From: Candidatus Dojkabacteria bacterium
Lineage (GTDB): Bacteria; Patescibacteriota; Dojkabacteria; B142; JAFGFJ01
DNA: 64,000 bases
Assembly (NCBI GenBank): GCA_016931155.1
Contig: JAFGFJ010000006.1
Location: forward strand, 472,652 to 536,651
Reading direction: 5' to 3'
Shown: positions 39,286-48,801 of the stretch, one piece after another
How the letters are laid out: every line of letters starts with the position of its first letter
Numbering within the stretch: position 1 is the stretch's first letter
Position numbers and translations under genes: made by a program
The notes under the pieces: generated by a model
Database searches by the model: none
Told to the model about the DNA's origin: nothing
What the model saw: only the letters and a program-made list of their open reading frames with translations

Positions 39286-40683
39286 TCACTGAGCTGAAAT
39301 GCTTTCGATAGTTTTTTCAATCATACCCCTAAAGCCGTGTGAGCCTGTGAACAGAATAATCCTTTTCCCCTTGATTTTTATCAGATGATCGATAAGTTCA
39401 TTATCAATCGGGAAATAATTTACCTTGTTATGTGTTTTTGAAATAACTTCAGAAAGTTCTTTTCCTCCAAGCCGGAAAAGTCTGTCTCTCGTTTTGGTGG
39501 TTGAAAGTCTAGGAATTATAACTTCTGTTGCATTCTTGAAAACACTATTGTACAGCGGGATAGCCTCTTTCGTTCTGTTTCCTGCATTTGGCTCGAAAAC
39601 TACTACTATTTTGTGTTTTGGATATTCTTCCTTAACTGCACTCAAAGACCCTCTGGCCTTTGAAGGTGTGCTTCCAAAGTCGTCAATCACCATGCAGTCA
39701 TTTATGTTCATCCTGACTTCAAGTCTTCTCTTGATTCCGCTGAAAGTTTCTATTCCATCTTTTATTGCTTCTGCCGGTATGTCAAGATTTCTAGCGAGAG
39801 TAGCAGCTCCGGTTATATTTATTTTATTGTGTTTTCCTATTAGCTTTGTCTTATACGAAAAGTCTTTTTCATTATATTCGTAAAAAATTACTTTTGCTTT
39901 TGCGTTTTCAACTACTTCTTCGATATTTTCTCCTTCTTTACTGGCTACTATTAGGCCATCCTGGGGGACTGACTCGACAAGTTTTTTAAAATTATCAACG
40001 TATGCCTTCTTTGTAGGAAATATATCCGTATGGTCATGCTCTGCAGAAGTAATGACTAAGTACTTCGGGTGGTAATGGAAAAATTTGGATGTTTGGTCGT
40101 AGCATGAAGTTATATATTCATCGCCCTCTGTTATACTCCATTCAGTTGTTTTGTCTTTTAGTTTTATTCCATCTTTTATATTGTTCGCTAATGCCCCAAT
40201 CATATAACTGATTTTCTTGTTTGCTTTATGAAAAATATTTACGAGAAGGGCTGTAATGGTTGTTTTCCCATATGTACCAGTAATAACAATAGAATTTTTG
40301 TCTACAATTTGATGTTTTTCCAGTACTTCAGGGTATGATTTCACGGTGAGTTTTTTCTTTTTGGCAAATAATAGCTCAGGATTTTTTGATGAAATAGAAG
40401 CACCGATTATCACTAAGGTTGGAAAGTCAGGAAGTCCAGACCTTATTCCCTTGCTATATTTTTTTCTGTAATAAGCTCTTGTAAGGTGTTCTTTTCTGAA
40501 TCCTACCTCTACAGTGATAGCTTTTTCTATCAAATAAGTACTCATTGGTGGGTAAAAGGCTTTGTCAGAACCAGTTATGAACCATCCATTTTCCTTAAAT
40601 GCGTTTGCCATTGGAGCCATTGTGACGCCAGAAATGCCTATCAAATGTACCCAATTTACTTTTTCCTTACAGGATCTTTTCAT
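39286..40683 (-). CDS. Mpl/MurC-family UDP-MurNAc ligase (Mpl-like)
   Basis: HLIGI.G..M, GSD...YPPMST.L (Mpl-type), ITGTYGKTT, EGDEY, SKF.HY.P, E.DH.DIF, G.KRRLE, DDF, VFEP. Confidence 0.85.
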   Translation of the reverse strand: MKRSCKEKVNWVHLIGISGVTMAPMANAFKENGWFITGSDKAFYPPMSTYLIEKAITVEVGFRKEHLTRAYYRKKYSKGIRSGLPDFPTLVIIGASISSKNPELLFAKKKKLTVKSYPEVLEKHQIVDKNSIVITGTYGKTTITALLVNIFHKANKKISYMIGALANNIKDGIKLKDKTTEWSITEGDEYITSCYDQTSKFFHYHPKYLVITSAEHDHTDIFPTKKAYVDNFKKLVESVPQDGLIVASKEGENIEEVVENAKAKVIFYEYNEKDFSYKTKLIGKHNKINITGAATLARNLDIPAEAIKDGIETFSGIKRRLEVRMNINDCMVIDDFGSTPSKARGSLSAVKEEYPKHKIVVVFEPNAGNRTKEAIPLYNSVFKNATEVIIPRLSTTKTRDRLFRLGGKELSEVISKTHNKVNYFPIDNELIDHLIKIKGKRIILFTGSHGFRGMIEKTIESISAQ

Positions 40684-40799
40684 TTGCTAAATTCTATTCG
40701 AAAAGGGGTTCAAATACAAACCTTCTCCTGAACAAAAATGTTGAACAAACTGGTTAATTTGCCTTTTCAATTCTGGAATTTGCACAAATTGCTAAAATC

Positions 40800-40853
40800 T
40801 TGACACCCCAATCTGTTGTTGTTACTCTAGCTATGCCACACAAAATGTTGTGC
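40800..40853 (+). promoter_or_regulatory. Promoter with two NrdR boxes
   Basis: TTGACA 40800-05, 17 bp, TACTCT 40823-28; boxes cccCAATCTGTTGttg (40806-21) and acaCAAAATGTTGtgc (40838-53), 32 bp apart. Confidence 0.82.
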
Positions 40854-41047
40854 TTGGCAGAGATTAAGTCTGGGGTAGACTTTTGATTTCAAGTAGTAAT
40901 TTAAGTGTATATGTAGGGATTGTTGTTGCACCTTTAGCCGTTGTTGCTACCTCTTTTTAGTCTCCAGAGTTGAAGATAACCCTTTGTTTAGAAGGTTAGT
41001 TGAGATGCCCCAAAAATTGGAGACTGTTTAATTGATTTTGGAAAAAA

Positions 41048-41512
41048 ATGTTTTGTCCATATTGTCATTTTGAAGATACTAAAGTCGTTGATAAAAGAGA
41101 TAATGATGAAACGGCTGTTACCAGAAGAAGAAGGGAATGTTTGGGCTGTGGGAAAAGGTTTACTACTTATGAGCGTATAGAGACTATTCATCTCAATGTA
41201 GTGAAAAGAAGCGGGAAGATGGAAGAGTTTGACCGGGAGAAACTCAAAAGAGGGATAATGAAAGCAGTAAAGAAAAGACCGATAACTGAAAAACAGATAG
41301 ATGAATTGATTGATGATATTGAATTGAAGCTATTAAACAGGAAAAGCACGGAAATAAAGAGTACAGAGATAGGAAAAATGATCCTGACGAGACTTAAAAA
41401 GCTTGATCAGGTGGGTTATATACTTTTTGCGTCAGTGTACAGGGATTTTAATGAGATAAATGACTTTGAAAGAGTGCTTGAGGAATTGAAAATGCCGAAT
41501 GGGAGTGATTAG
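41048..41512 (+). CDS. nrdR: Transcriptional repressor NrdR
   Basis: CPYC...TKV.D.R, RRRRECLGCG.RFTTYE, ATP-cone VVKR.G..E.F.REKL, Y..FASVYR.F. Confidence 0.98.
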   Translation: MFCPYCHFEDTKVVDKRDNDETAVTRRRRECLGCGKRFTTYERIETIHLNVVKRSGKMEEFDREKLKRGIMKAVKKRPITEKQIDELIDDIELKLLNRKSTEIKSTEIGKMILTRLKKLDQVGYILFASVYRDFNEINDFERVLEELKMPNGSD

Positions 41513-41553
41513 AGGTTTTGTTTGAGTTTTGGGTTTATAAAGCTATTTAACTA

Positions 41554-43350
41554 ATGCCGAAAAACCTTGCCATAAAACCAGAGCTTACTCCAAATGCGCT
41601 CTTCATTGCTGAAAAGAGGTATTTTAAGCTGGGAAAGGACGGGAAACCTGAAGAAAATCCTTCTCAAATGTTTAGACGTGTTTCGAAGTTTATTGCTTCT
41701 GCGGAAAATAAACTCAACGATAAGAAAAAAGGCTACAAGAAACCTGCAGCAAAAAGACTAAAGGAGATAGAGGATTCATTTTATGAGATTCAGTCAAATT
41801 TGGAATTTCTACAAGGAATGACTCTTCTTGATAGAGGAAAAGAAGATCTGGTTGCTGCCTGTTATGTTATGCCAATTAAGGATTCTCTTGAATCGATCTA
41901 TGGTACTCTTGCAAATACTGTTACTTTGCACAGACGGGGAGCGGGAGTAGGTTATGATTTTTCTGAGATCAGACCGGAAGGGACGATTATAAATTCGACC
42001 GGGAAAGAGGCAAGCGGTCCGATTTCATTTATGAGGCTCTATGATTTTTCCTCGGAGGTTATTATGAATCGCGGATCGGTCAGACATGCGGGTCATATGG
42101 GAATTTTGAGAATTGATCACCCTGATATAGAAAAATTTATCACGGCAAAAGAAGATTATACTCAGCTTACAAATTTCAACATTTCCATAGCAATTACGGA
42201 TGAGTTTGTTAAGGCTCTGCGAAAAGGCGGGAAATACAAGCTTGTTCACGATGGGAAGCCTTATGGAGAAGCTAACGCCAGGGAAATGCTTAGAAAAATT
42301 ACAGAAAGTATTCACCGAAGCGGTGAGCCAGGATTTATATTTATTGATGAAGTAAACAGGTTTAATCCTACTCTCAATGTTGGTAAGATGACTGCTACAA
42401 ATCAATGCGGAGAACAGCCGCTTCTGCCGTATGAGGCCTGTAATATAGGATCTATTATTTTGAATAGATTTGTAGTTCCGGAAGGTGATGGTGGTGATAC
42501 AGGAGCAAAGAAGCCGGAGGACAGGATAAATTGGGAACGTCTGGAATATGTAGTAAAAGTTGCTGTCAGATTTTTGGACAACACCATTACAGTTGCAAAT
42601 CACTTACTTCCGGAAATTGAAAAGATTGTTATGTACGGGAATAGAAAGATCGGACTTGGTGTTATGGGCTGGGCTGACCTCCTTTATGAACTAAAACTGC
42701 CATATAACTCAGAAGAAGCTCTGGATTTAGCTGAGGGAGTTATGAAATTTATCGAAAAGACAGGACACGAAGCGTCACAGGAATTGGGTATTGAAAAAGG
42801 CGACTTTGGTAATTTCAAGGGAAGTAGGTGGGATAAGAAAGGCTATAAGCATATGAGAAATGCCACCGTAACTACAATTGCACCAAATGGCACTACGAGT
42901 CTGCTGGCTGAAGTTAGTGGTGGGATTGAACCGGTTTTCGCTCTTGGCTATGTGAGGAAAAACATGGAAACAGTTGGGGAAAATGTGGAAATGCTTTATG
43001 TAAATTCTGGACTGGAAAGAGCACTCAAAGATAAGTGGCTTTATTCGAAAGATTTGATGGCCAAAATTGCGGGGAAGGGAACTCTGGAAGGTTTTACTGA
43101 AATCCCTGATGAGCTTAAAAAGGTGTTTGTAACTTCTTACGATATAAGTTCAGAGTGGCATTTGAGGATGCAGGCCGCATTCCAAAAATACACAGATAAT
43201 GCCGTTTCGAAAACTATTAACCTGCCGGAAAGCGCAAAAATAGAGGATATCGAAAAAGCTTTTATTCTTGCGACCGAACTTCACCTGAAGGGTCTAACTA
43301 TATACAGGGACAAAAGCAGGGACAAGCAAGTACTAAATTTGAATAAATGA
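41554..43350 (+). CDS. nrdJ: Class II (AdoCbl-dependent) ribonucleotide reductase, catalytic barrel only
   Basis: AACYV, G.G.DFS.IRP, HPDI..FI, NFNIS, GEPG, TNQCGEQPL, ACN.GS, R.IGLG.MG, TTIAP, D.AVSKT.N, G.TIYRD; no C-terminal Cys tail. Confidence 0.92.
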   Translation: MPKNLAIKPELTPNALFIAEKRYFKLGKDGKPEENPSQMFRRVSKFIASAENKLNDKKKGYKKPAAKRLKEIEDSFYEIQSNLEFLQGMTLLDRGKEDLVAACYVMPIKDSLESIYGTLANTVTLHRRGAGVGYDFSEIRPEGTIINSTGKEASGPISFMRLYDFSSEVIMNRGSVRHAGHMGILRIDHPDIEKFITAKEDYTQLTNFNISIAITDEFVKALRKGGKYKLVHDGKPYGEANAREMLRKITESIHRSGEPGFIFIDEVNRFNPTLNVGKMTATNQCGEQPLLPYEACNIGSIILNRFVVPEGDGGDTGAKKPEDRINWERLEYVVKVAVRFLDNTITVANHLLPEIEKIVMYGNRKIGLGVMGWADLLYELKLPYNSEEALDLAEGVMKFIEKTGHEASQELGIEKGDFGNFKGSRWDKKGYKHMRNATVTTIAPNGTTSLLAEVSGGIEPVFALGYVRKNMETVGENVEMLYVNSGLERALKDKWLYSKDLMAKIAGKGTLEGFTEIPDELKKVFVTSYDISSEWHLRMQAAFQKYTDNAVSKTINLPESAKIEDIEKAFILATELHLKGLTIYRDKSRDKQVLNLNK

Positions 43351-43508
43351 ATAAATTTGAAAAAAGAACAATAATTATAGATTCGAGAGGGAATAAGGCA
43401 AATCTTTATGCTTCCGCTTACAGCGAGCAAGAAGCGAATAGAGCCATGGGTATGCTCGTCGATGAGATGTTTATTGATATGAGTATTGAAAATGGAAACA
43501 AAAGATAA
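43347..43508 (+). CDS. 53-aa ORF translationally coupled to the first nrdJ
   Basis: ATGA overlap with the nrdJ stop; MNKFEKRTIIIDSRGNKANLYASAYSEQEANRAMGMLVDEMFIDMSIENGNKR. Confidence 0.5.
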   Translation: MNKFEKRTIIIDSRGNKANLYASAYSEQEANRAMGMLVDEMFIDMSIENGNKR

Positions 43509-43568
43509 AGCAAAATTTTACATTGTGTTTACCAGAGTTTGTTGTTTATTTAATTTGCAGGAACAAAT

Positions 43569-46500
43569 ATGAGAAAAGGAGGAAAAACATCTTCAGTAGA
43601 TGATAAACTCCCCGCAGTTTACACTGAAGGCTCGGTTCAGCTTCTGAGAAAAAGATTTCTTAAGACCGATGATGAAGGTATACCAATAGAAACCCCTGGA
43701 GATATGTTTGCTAGAGTTGCTGAAGGTGTTGCAAAAGGGGATCTGGTCTTTAATAAGGGCAAGAAGGAAGCCAAGAAAACAGAGGCAGAGTTTTTTGACA
43801 TGATTTACAATCTTCGCTTCATACCCAATTCTCCAACTCTTCTGAATGTCGGGAGAAACAACAAAAACTTTGCGGCCTGTTTTGTACTGCCTATAGCGGA
43901 TTCTCTCTCTGAAATTTATTCGACTCTAAATGAAGCAGTTAATGTTCAGTGGAAAGGCGGGGGAACGGGTTTTAATTTTTCGCCAATAAGACCGAAAGGC
44001 GACATGGCAGGAGGGATTCCAGATGTTGCGGCAGGACCTATTCACTACATAAAGACCTTCTCGACAGCGATGATGGGTGTGAGGCAGTCCGGTAAAAGGG
44101 GAGGCGGAAATATGGCAATACTCAATGTGGATCATCCGGATATTTTGGAGTTTATACATCTCAAAGAGCAGGACAGAACGATAATGAATTTCAATATTTC
44201 TGTTGGAATTACCAATATATTTATGAAAGCTCTTCAGGAGGATACTACATATGATCTGGTAAATCCTCGAAATAATGAGGTTGCCGGGCAGTTGAGTGCA
44301 CGACAGGTATTTGACGAAATTGTTCAGCTTGCTCACAAGACAGGTGATCCCGGTCTTGCTTTCATAGATAATATTGAAGCTGACAACAAAACTCCACTTG
44401 TAGGGAAGATGGATGCTACAAACCCTTGCGGCGAACAGCCTCTTCTTCCTTATGAGTCGTGTAATCTTGGGGCAGTAAACCTCAGGGTAATGTTTGATCA
44501 GAAGAAGAACATACTTAACTGGGATCTTCTTAAAAAAACAATTCATACAGGTGTTCATTTTCTGGATAATATTGTTGAAATAAACAATTATCCGCTGGAA
44601 AAAATAGAGAAAGTTACAAAGCATACAAACAGAAAGATTGGTTTGGGACTAATGGGATTTGCTGACCTGCTTATGATGATGGAGATTCCCTATAACTCTG
44701 AAAAAGCCTATAAATTTGCTGAAAAATTGATAAAATTTATTGAAGATGAAGCAATTAAGGAGTCGATCAGGCTTGCGAAAAAGCGTGGAGTTTTTCCAGC
44801 ATACAGTGGAAGTGTATGGGAGAAAAGGAAGCTCCCTGTAAGAAATGCTACTCTCACAACAATTGCTCCAAACGGTAACACAAGTCTTATTGGGGGGTCT
44901 GTTGGGGGTATTGAGCCATCATATGCTCTTGCATACAAAGTAGGAGGTGTTGAGGATAGAAGCTACAGAGCTACAGAGGTTATATTCAACGTATCGGAAG
45001 GGTTCAAGCATCTTGCTAAAAAACACGGATTTTACAAACCTGAGGTAATTGAAAAAATAGTTAATGGAGTGCCTGTTTCTGCTATTAAAGAAATTCCGGA
45101 AGGTGTTAAAAAAGTGCTTGTAACGGCTCTTGATATCTCACCGATGGATCACTTAAAAATGCAGGCAGCTTTTCAGAAGAATGTTGATAATGCAATTTCC
45201 AAGACAATAAATTTTCCGAATGATTCAACTCCGATGGATATAAAGAAAGTCTACATTGAAGCGTACAGGCTTGGTCTTAAGGGTGTAACAATTTATCGGG
45301 ATGGGAGCAAAAGCGGGCAGACACTCGTTTCGAGCGACAACAAAGGAAAATTGAATGTGGAAGGGACAGGTGGAGAAAAATCCGGCAACGAATCAGATGG
45401 GATGAAAATGGAACCTGCTCCTATTCTTACGTCAAATGCACTTCAGGTTCTTGAGAAAAGAGCTTTAAAGAAAAGCGAAAATGGAGAAATAATTGAAACT
45501 CCCGAGGAGCTTTGGAGAAGAATCGCAAAACATGTTGCGAAAGCTGAGAAGAAGGATAAGCAAAAAGAATGGGAAGGGAATTTTTTTACGGTTTTTAATT
45601 CTGCTGAATTTTTAAGCGGGGGTGCGCTGATTTATGCTGGTCTCGGGGAACGTGCGATTCTTTCGAAATGTCTTGTTCTACCTGTTGACGACTCGATAGG
45701 TAGTATTTTCGAGAGTCTTAATATGAATATTGAAATGCTTAAACGAGGTGTTGGTACAGGGTTTAATTTTTCAAAGATCAGGTCATCTTATGCTGTTGTG
45801 AAAACGACTGGAGAGCATGCAGCAGGACCTATTAAATATCTGAAACTCTATGATAGTGCACAAGACACTCTTACCGGTCGTGGTGGTAGAGGGCTTGGCT
45901 CGATGGCGATACTTAATGTGGATCACCCCAATATTGAGGAGTTTGTAAATTTGAAGGACGATCTAAGTGCGATCCATCATTACAATATTTCTGTTGGTGT
46001 GAGCGACAAATTTATGAAAGCGGTTAAAAGTAATGCAAAGTGGGATCTGGTAGATCCACATGATGGGAATGTTTATAAAACGATTAAGGCAAAGGAGCTT
46101 TTTAATTCGATAGCAAAGCATGCGTGGTTGAGTGGTGATCCTGGAATCTTTTTCCTGGATACAGCTGAAAAGGGGAATACAACTCCTGCTCTTGGAAAGA
46201 TGGATGCTACAAATCCTTGCGGTGAGCAACCCCTTATCCCCTATGAAACCTGTAATCTCGGCAATATTGATATTTCAAAAATGATAAAGGGAAATCCATA
46301 TGCACTGGATCCAGACCTTTTGGATGCTCCTTTCAAGGAGAAGATGAGATTTGTGAATTGGGAAAGACTGGCAGAGGTTACACGTATTGGAGTGAGATAC
46401 CTTGACGATATTATTGATGTAAACACTTATCCTATAAAGGAGATTGAGGTGATGACTAAAAAGACTAGAAATGTAGGGTTGGGAATAATGGGGCTTGCTG

Positions 46501-47933
46501 ACTTCTTCATAAAACTTGGTATCCCATACGAAAGTGATGAAGCAGTAAAGGCATCAGAAGAGGTAATGAAATTTATTCAAAGTGAGGCACATAAATATTC
46601 TGAAGCTTTGGGGAAAGAGAAGGGAAATTTCCCGGCTTTTAAAGATAGCACATGGAGGAAGAAAGGAAAGAAATACATGAGAAATACAAGGACAACGACT
46701 ATTGCTCCAACAGGTACAATTGCAATTGTTGCAAACTGTAATCCGGGGATTGAGCCTGTATTTGCTCTTGGATATCGAAGAAAGAACTCGATGGGGGGGA
46801 CGGATCAGTTGGTGATTGAACCTTTGTTTATTGAGGTTGCAATGCAAAGAGGTTTTTACTCAGATGAACTTATTAATGATATAGCAGACGGAAAACACTT
46901 AAGTGAAATTAAAGAAAAATATAATATTCCTGATGATGTGGTTAAGGTTTTTGTCACGACTCATGAAATAGATCCAAAGCGGCATGTACATATCCAATCG
47001 GCTTTCCAGAAATACGTTGATAGTGCTGTTTCAAAAACTATCAATTTGCCAAACTCTGCAACTCCTGAGGACATAGAAAGGGTTTATGCACTTGCATATG
47101 ATCTCGGCTGTAAGGGAATTACTGTATTTAGAGATGGAAGTAAAGATCCGGCTCTCCAGGTGGGGGTTGGTGTAAGAGATAATTCAGCTTCTGACTTTCC
47201 AGCAGATAGGCAAAGTGGCGAACAGTCTGGTAAACAGGATGGCACAAGAGAGACCTTTGAGCCAAGGGATCGCGCAATGGTAACAAGAGGTACTACTACT
47301 AAACTCAAGACAGAACAGGGAAGCCTTTTCGTGACTATAAATGAGGATGAAAAAGGAATTGTGGAGGTGTTTCTGGTGCTTGGAAAGAGCGGAAGCTTTA
47401 CTACAGGTTATACAGAGGCTATTGGAAGACTTGTCTCTATGTCTCTGAGAAGTGGTATAAAGGTGGAGAATATAATTGAACAGTTAAAAGGAATAAGAAC
47501 TTCCATGCCTACAATGAACAAAGGTATGATAATTTACTCTGTACCTGATGCTGTTGCCAAAGTGCTTGAGCAGTATGTTGAGAATAAGAAAGGGCAGGTG
47601 GAAATGTTTGAAGCTCAGCCTGCATCTGTAGCTGATGTAAAAGATGCGCCGGAATCCAGCTCTGTAAAATCTGTCCCTGAATCTCCCGAGACGGAAACAG
47701 AAGAGGAGGAGAAGTCAGAAGATGAGGAGAAAAATGAACGACCCGCTAAAGAAATCACACCGAAGCTTGACGCAAAAATCAGTGACAAGGAATCAAACCA
47801 TGTTGACGGTAAGTTCTATAGCAAAAATAATGTAATGGGTGATTTACTGGAGTGTCCGGAATGTGGTGGAGATCTGGAATATGCAGAAGGGTGTATTCTA
47901 TGTAGAAGTTGTGGGTATAGTAAATGCGGATAA
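43569..47933 (+). CDS. nrdJ: Class II ribonucleotide reductase with two fused catalytic barrels, a TSCPD domain and a C-terminal Zn ribbon
   Basis: Two full motif sets ([19 protein letters not shown] and [19 protein letters not shown]), then GSLFVTIN...[22 protein letters not shown], an acidic linker, and [21 protein letters not shown]. Confidence 0.95.
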   Translation: MRKGGKTSSVDDKLPAVYTEGSVQLLRKRFLKTDDEGIPIETPGDMFARVAEGVAKGDLVFNKGKKEAKKTEAEFFDMIYNLRFIPNSPTLLNVGRNNKNFAACFVLPIADSLSEIYSTLNEAVNVQWKGGGTGFNFSPIRPKGDMAGGIPDVAAGPIHYIKTFSTAMMGVRQSGKRGGGNMAILNVDHPDILEFIHLKEQDRTIMNFNISVGITNIFMKALQEDTTYDLVNPRNNEVAGQLSARQVFDEIVQLAHKTGDPGLAFIDNIEADNKTPLVGKMDATNPCGEQPLLPYESCNLGAVNLRVMFDQKKNILNWDLLKKTIHTGVHFLDNIVEINNYPLEKIEKVTKHTNRKIGLGLMGFADLLMMMEIPYNSEKAYKFAEKLIKFIEDEAIKESIRLAKKRGVFPAYSGSVWEKRKLPVRNATLTTIAPNGNTSLIGGSVGGIEPSYALAYKVGGVEDRSYRATEVIFNVSEGFKHLAKKHGFYKPEVIEKIVNGVPVSAIKEIPEGVKKVLVTALDISPMDHLKMQAAFQKNVDNAISKTINFPNDSTPMDIKKVYIEAYRLGLKGVTIYRDGSKSGQTLVSSDNKGKLNVEGTGGEKSGNESDGMKMEPAPILTSNALQVLEKRALKKSENGEIIETPEELWRRIAKHVAKAEKKDKQKEWEGNFFTVFNSAEFLSGGALIYAGLGERAILSKCLVLPVDDSIGSIFESLNMNIEMLKRGVGTGFNFSKIRSSYAVVKTTGEHAAGPIKYLKLYDSAQDTLTGRGGRGLGSMAILNVDHPNIEEFVNLKDDLSAIHHYNISVGVSDKFMKAVKSNAKWDLVDPHDGNVYKTIKAKELFNSIAKHAWLSGDPGIFFLDTAEKGNTTPALGKMDATNPCGEQPLIPYETCNLGNIDISKMIKGNPYALDPDLLDAPFKEKMRFVNWERLAEVTRIGVRYLDDIIDVNTYPIKEIEVMTKKTRNVGLGIMGLADFFIKLGIPYESDEAVKASEEVMKFIQSEAHKYSEALGKEKGNFPAFKDSTWRKKGKKYMRNTRTTTIAPTGTIAIVANCNPGIEPVFALGYRRKNSMGGTDQLVIEPLFIEVAMQRGFYSDELINDIADGKHLSEIKEKYNIPDDVVKVFVTTHEIDPKRHVHIQSAFQKYVDSAVSKTINLPNSATPEDIERVYALAYDLGCKGITVFRDGSKDPALQVGVGVRDNSASDFPADRQSGEQSGKQDGTRETFEPRDRAMVTRGTTTKLKTEQGSLFVTINEDEKGIVEVFLVLGKSGSFTTGYTEAIGRLVSMSLRSGIKVENIIEQLKGIRTSMPTMNKGMIIYSVPDAVAKVLEQYVENKKGQVEMFEAQPASVADVKDAPESSSVKSVPESPETETEEEEKSEDEEKNERPAKEITPKLDAKISDKESNHVDGKFYSKNNVMGDLLECPECGGDLEYAEGCILCRSCGYSKCG

Positions 47934-47973
47934 ACATAGAAACAACGTTAATTTGAAGATGAGGGTTACTTTT

Positions 47974-48672
47974 TCAAATATTTCCTGTAAGACTCCTGAT
48001 CATATACCAGATCTGACCATTTACAAGAGTCCAGGCAAGCATTGGTCCGTATATATTGCTGCTTTTCTTGTAAATTACTCCCAGTATGGCAAAGATAAAC
48101 CCTGTGTAGAGTGAATTAAACAAGTCGGTAGTTAAAATGTGTGTAACAATAAACAAAATAGTTGTGATTATAAGACCAATATAATGATTGTTTGCCTTAT
48201 AAAAAATTTTGTCAGTTTTTTCAACAAGCCAGAAGAAGAAAAAAACCTCGAGCGGACCCCATGCAAACACTGCAAGTGGTAGAAAAAAAATGTTTAATGG
48301 AAAGCCGACACTAAAGCTCTCTCTTGTATCACTCATAATAGTGCCATTTTTTAGGTAACCAAAGAGAGAAAAAACTAGAACAAACATAAGTGAGTAGAAT
48401 AGAGATTTCTTAATTCCTTTTGAATTGAAACCCAGCAATGCTAATTTCGTTTTCTCAGCAAAAGTATAAATCAGTGGAACAAGTCCCACAGACACGATCT
48501 CCACAATACTTAAAATATATGGTTTTTCATTAAACAAATTTCCCGCAGCATCACGTGATAAAGGGGTGCCAGTCAATACAACTATCAGCAGGATTGTGAC
48601 AATAGCTCCAACTAGAAACCAAACCCACGTGAATATGACTTGAAATTTTGGATTGTAAAGAAGTCTATGCAT
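47974..48672 (-). CDS. Membrane protein, CPBP/Abi intramembrane protease-like (degenerate)
   Basis: Multiple TMs; GPLEVFFF (EE..FR-like), F...H, PMLAW..VN. Confidence 0.55.
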   Translation of the reverse strand: MHRLLYNPKFQVIFTWVWFLVGAIVTILLIVVLTGTPLSRDAAGNLFNEKPYILSIVEIVSVGLVPLIYTFAEKTKLALLGFNSKGIKKSLFYSLMFVLVFSLFGYLKNGTIMSDTRESFSVGFPLNIFFLPLAVFAWGPLEVFFFFWLVEKTDKIFYKANNHYIGLIITTILFIVTHILTTDLFNSLYTGFIFAILGVIYKKSSNIYGPMLAWTLVNGQIWYMIRSLTGNI

Positions 48673-48742
48673 TATTATTTGTTCCCGAAAAGTATCTCAC
48701 TTCAGGATATTTCTGTAAATAAATAGTACTTGTATGTTTTTC

Positions 48743-48800
48743 TTGACATTCCTTCATGATTTCGGTATTCTTTCGGTATAATATTTCGGTTAAGTTTCAG
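48743..48800 (+). promoter_or_regulatory. lexA-operon promoter with two tandem LexA-type direct-repeat boxes
   Basis: TTGACA 48743-48, 17 bp, TATTCT 48766-71 (also TATAAT 48777-82); TTCGG-N6-TTCGG (48761-76) and TTCGG-N6-TTCAG (48785-800). Confidence 0.85.
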
Positions 48801-48801
48801 T

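Noticed and set aside
40861-41047. Cobalamin riboswitch before the B12-dependent RNR operon
   Set aside because: No B12-box or GCCACTG/AGYCRGRAGAC-like conserved elements are visible.
41554-47200. Assembly duplication producing three RNR copies
   Set aside because: The copies differ extensively in protein sequence and at synonymous positions within shared motifs.
42025-47308. Antisense ORFs inside the nrdJ genes (e.g. 43926-44624, 42025-42603) and similar ones across the window
   Set aside because: They are shadow frames of conserved genes with no recognisable motifs.
43569-47933. Intein or intron explaining the long nrdJ
   Set aside because: No intein N-terminal or HN-C/S/T junction motifs and no LAGLIDADG domain were seen; the extra length is a second full RNR barrel.
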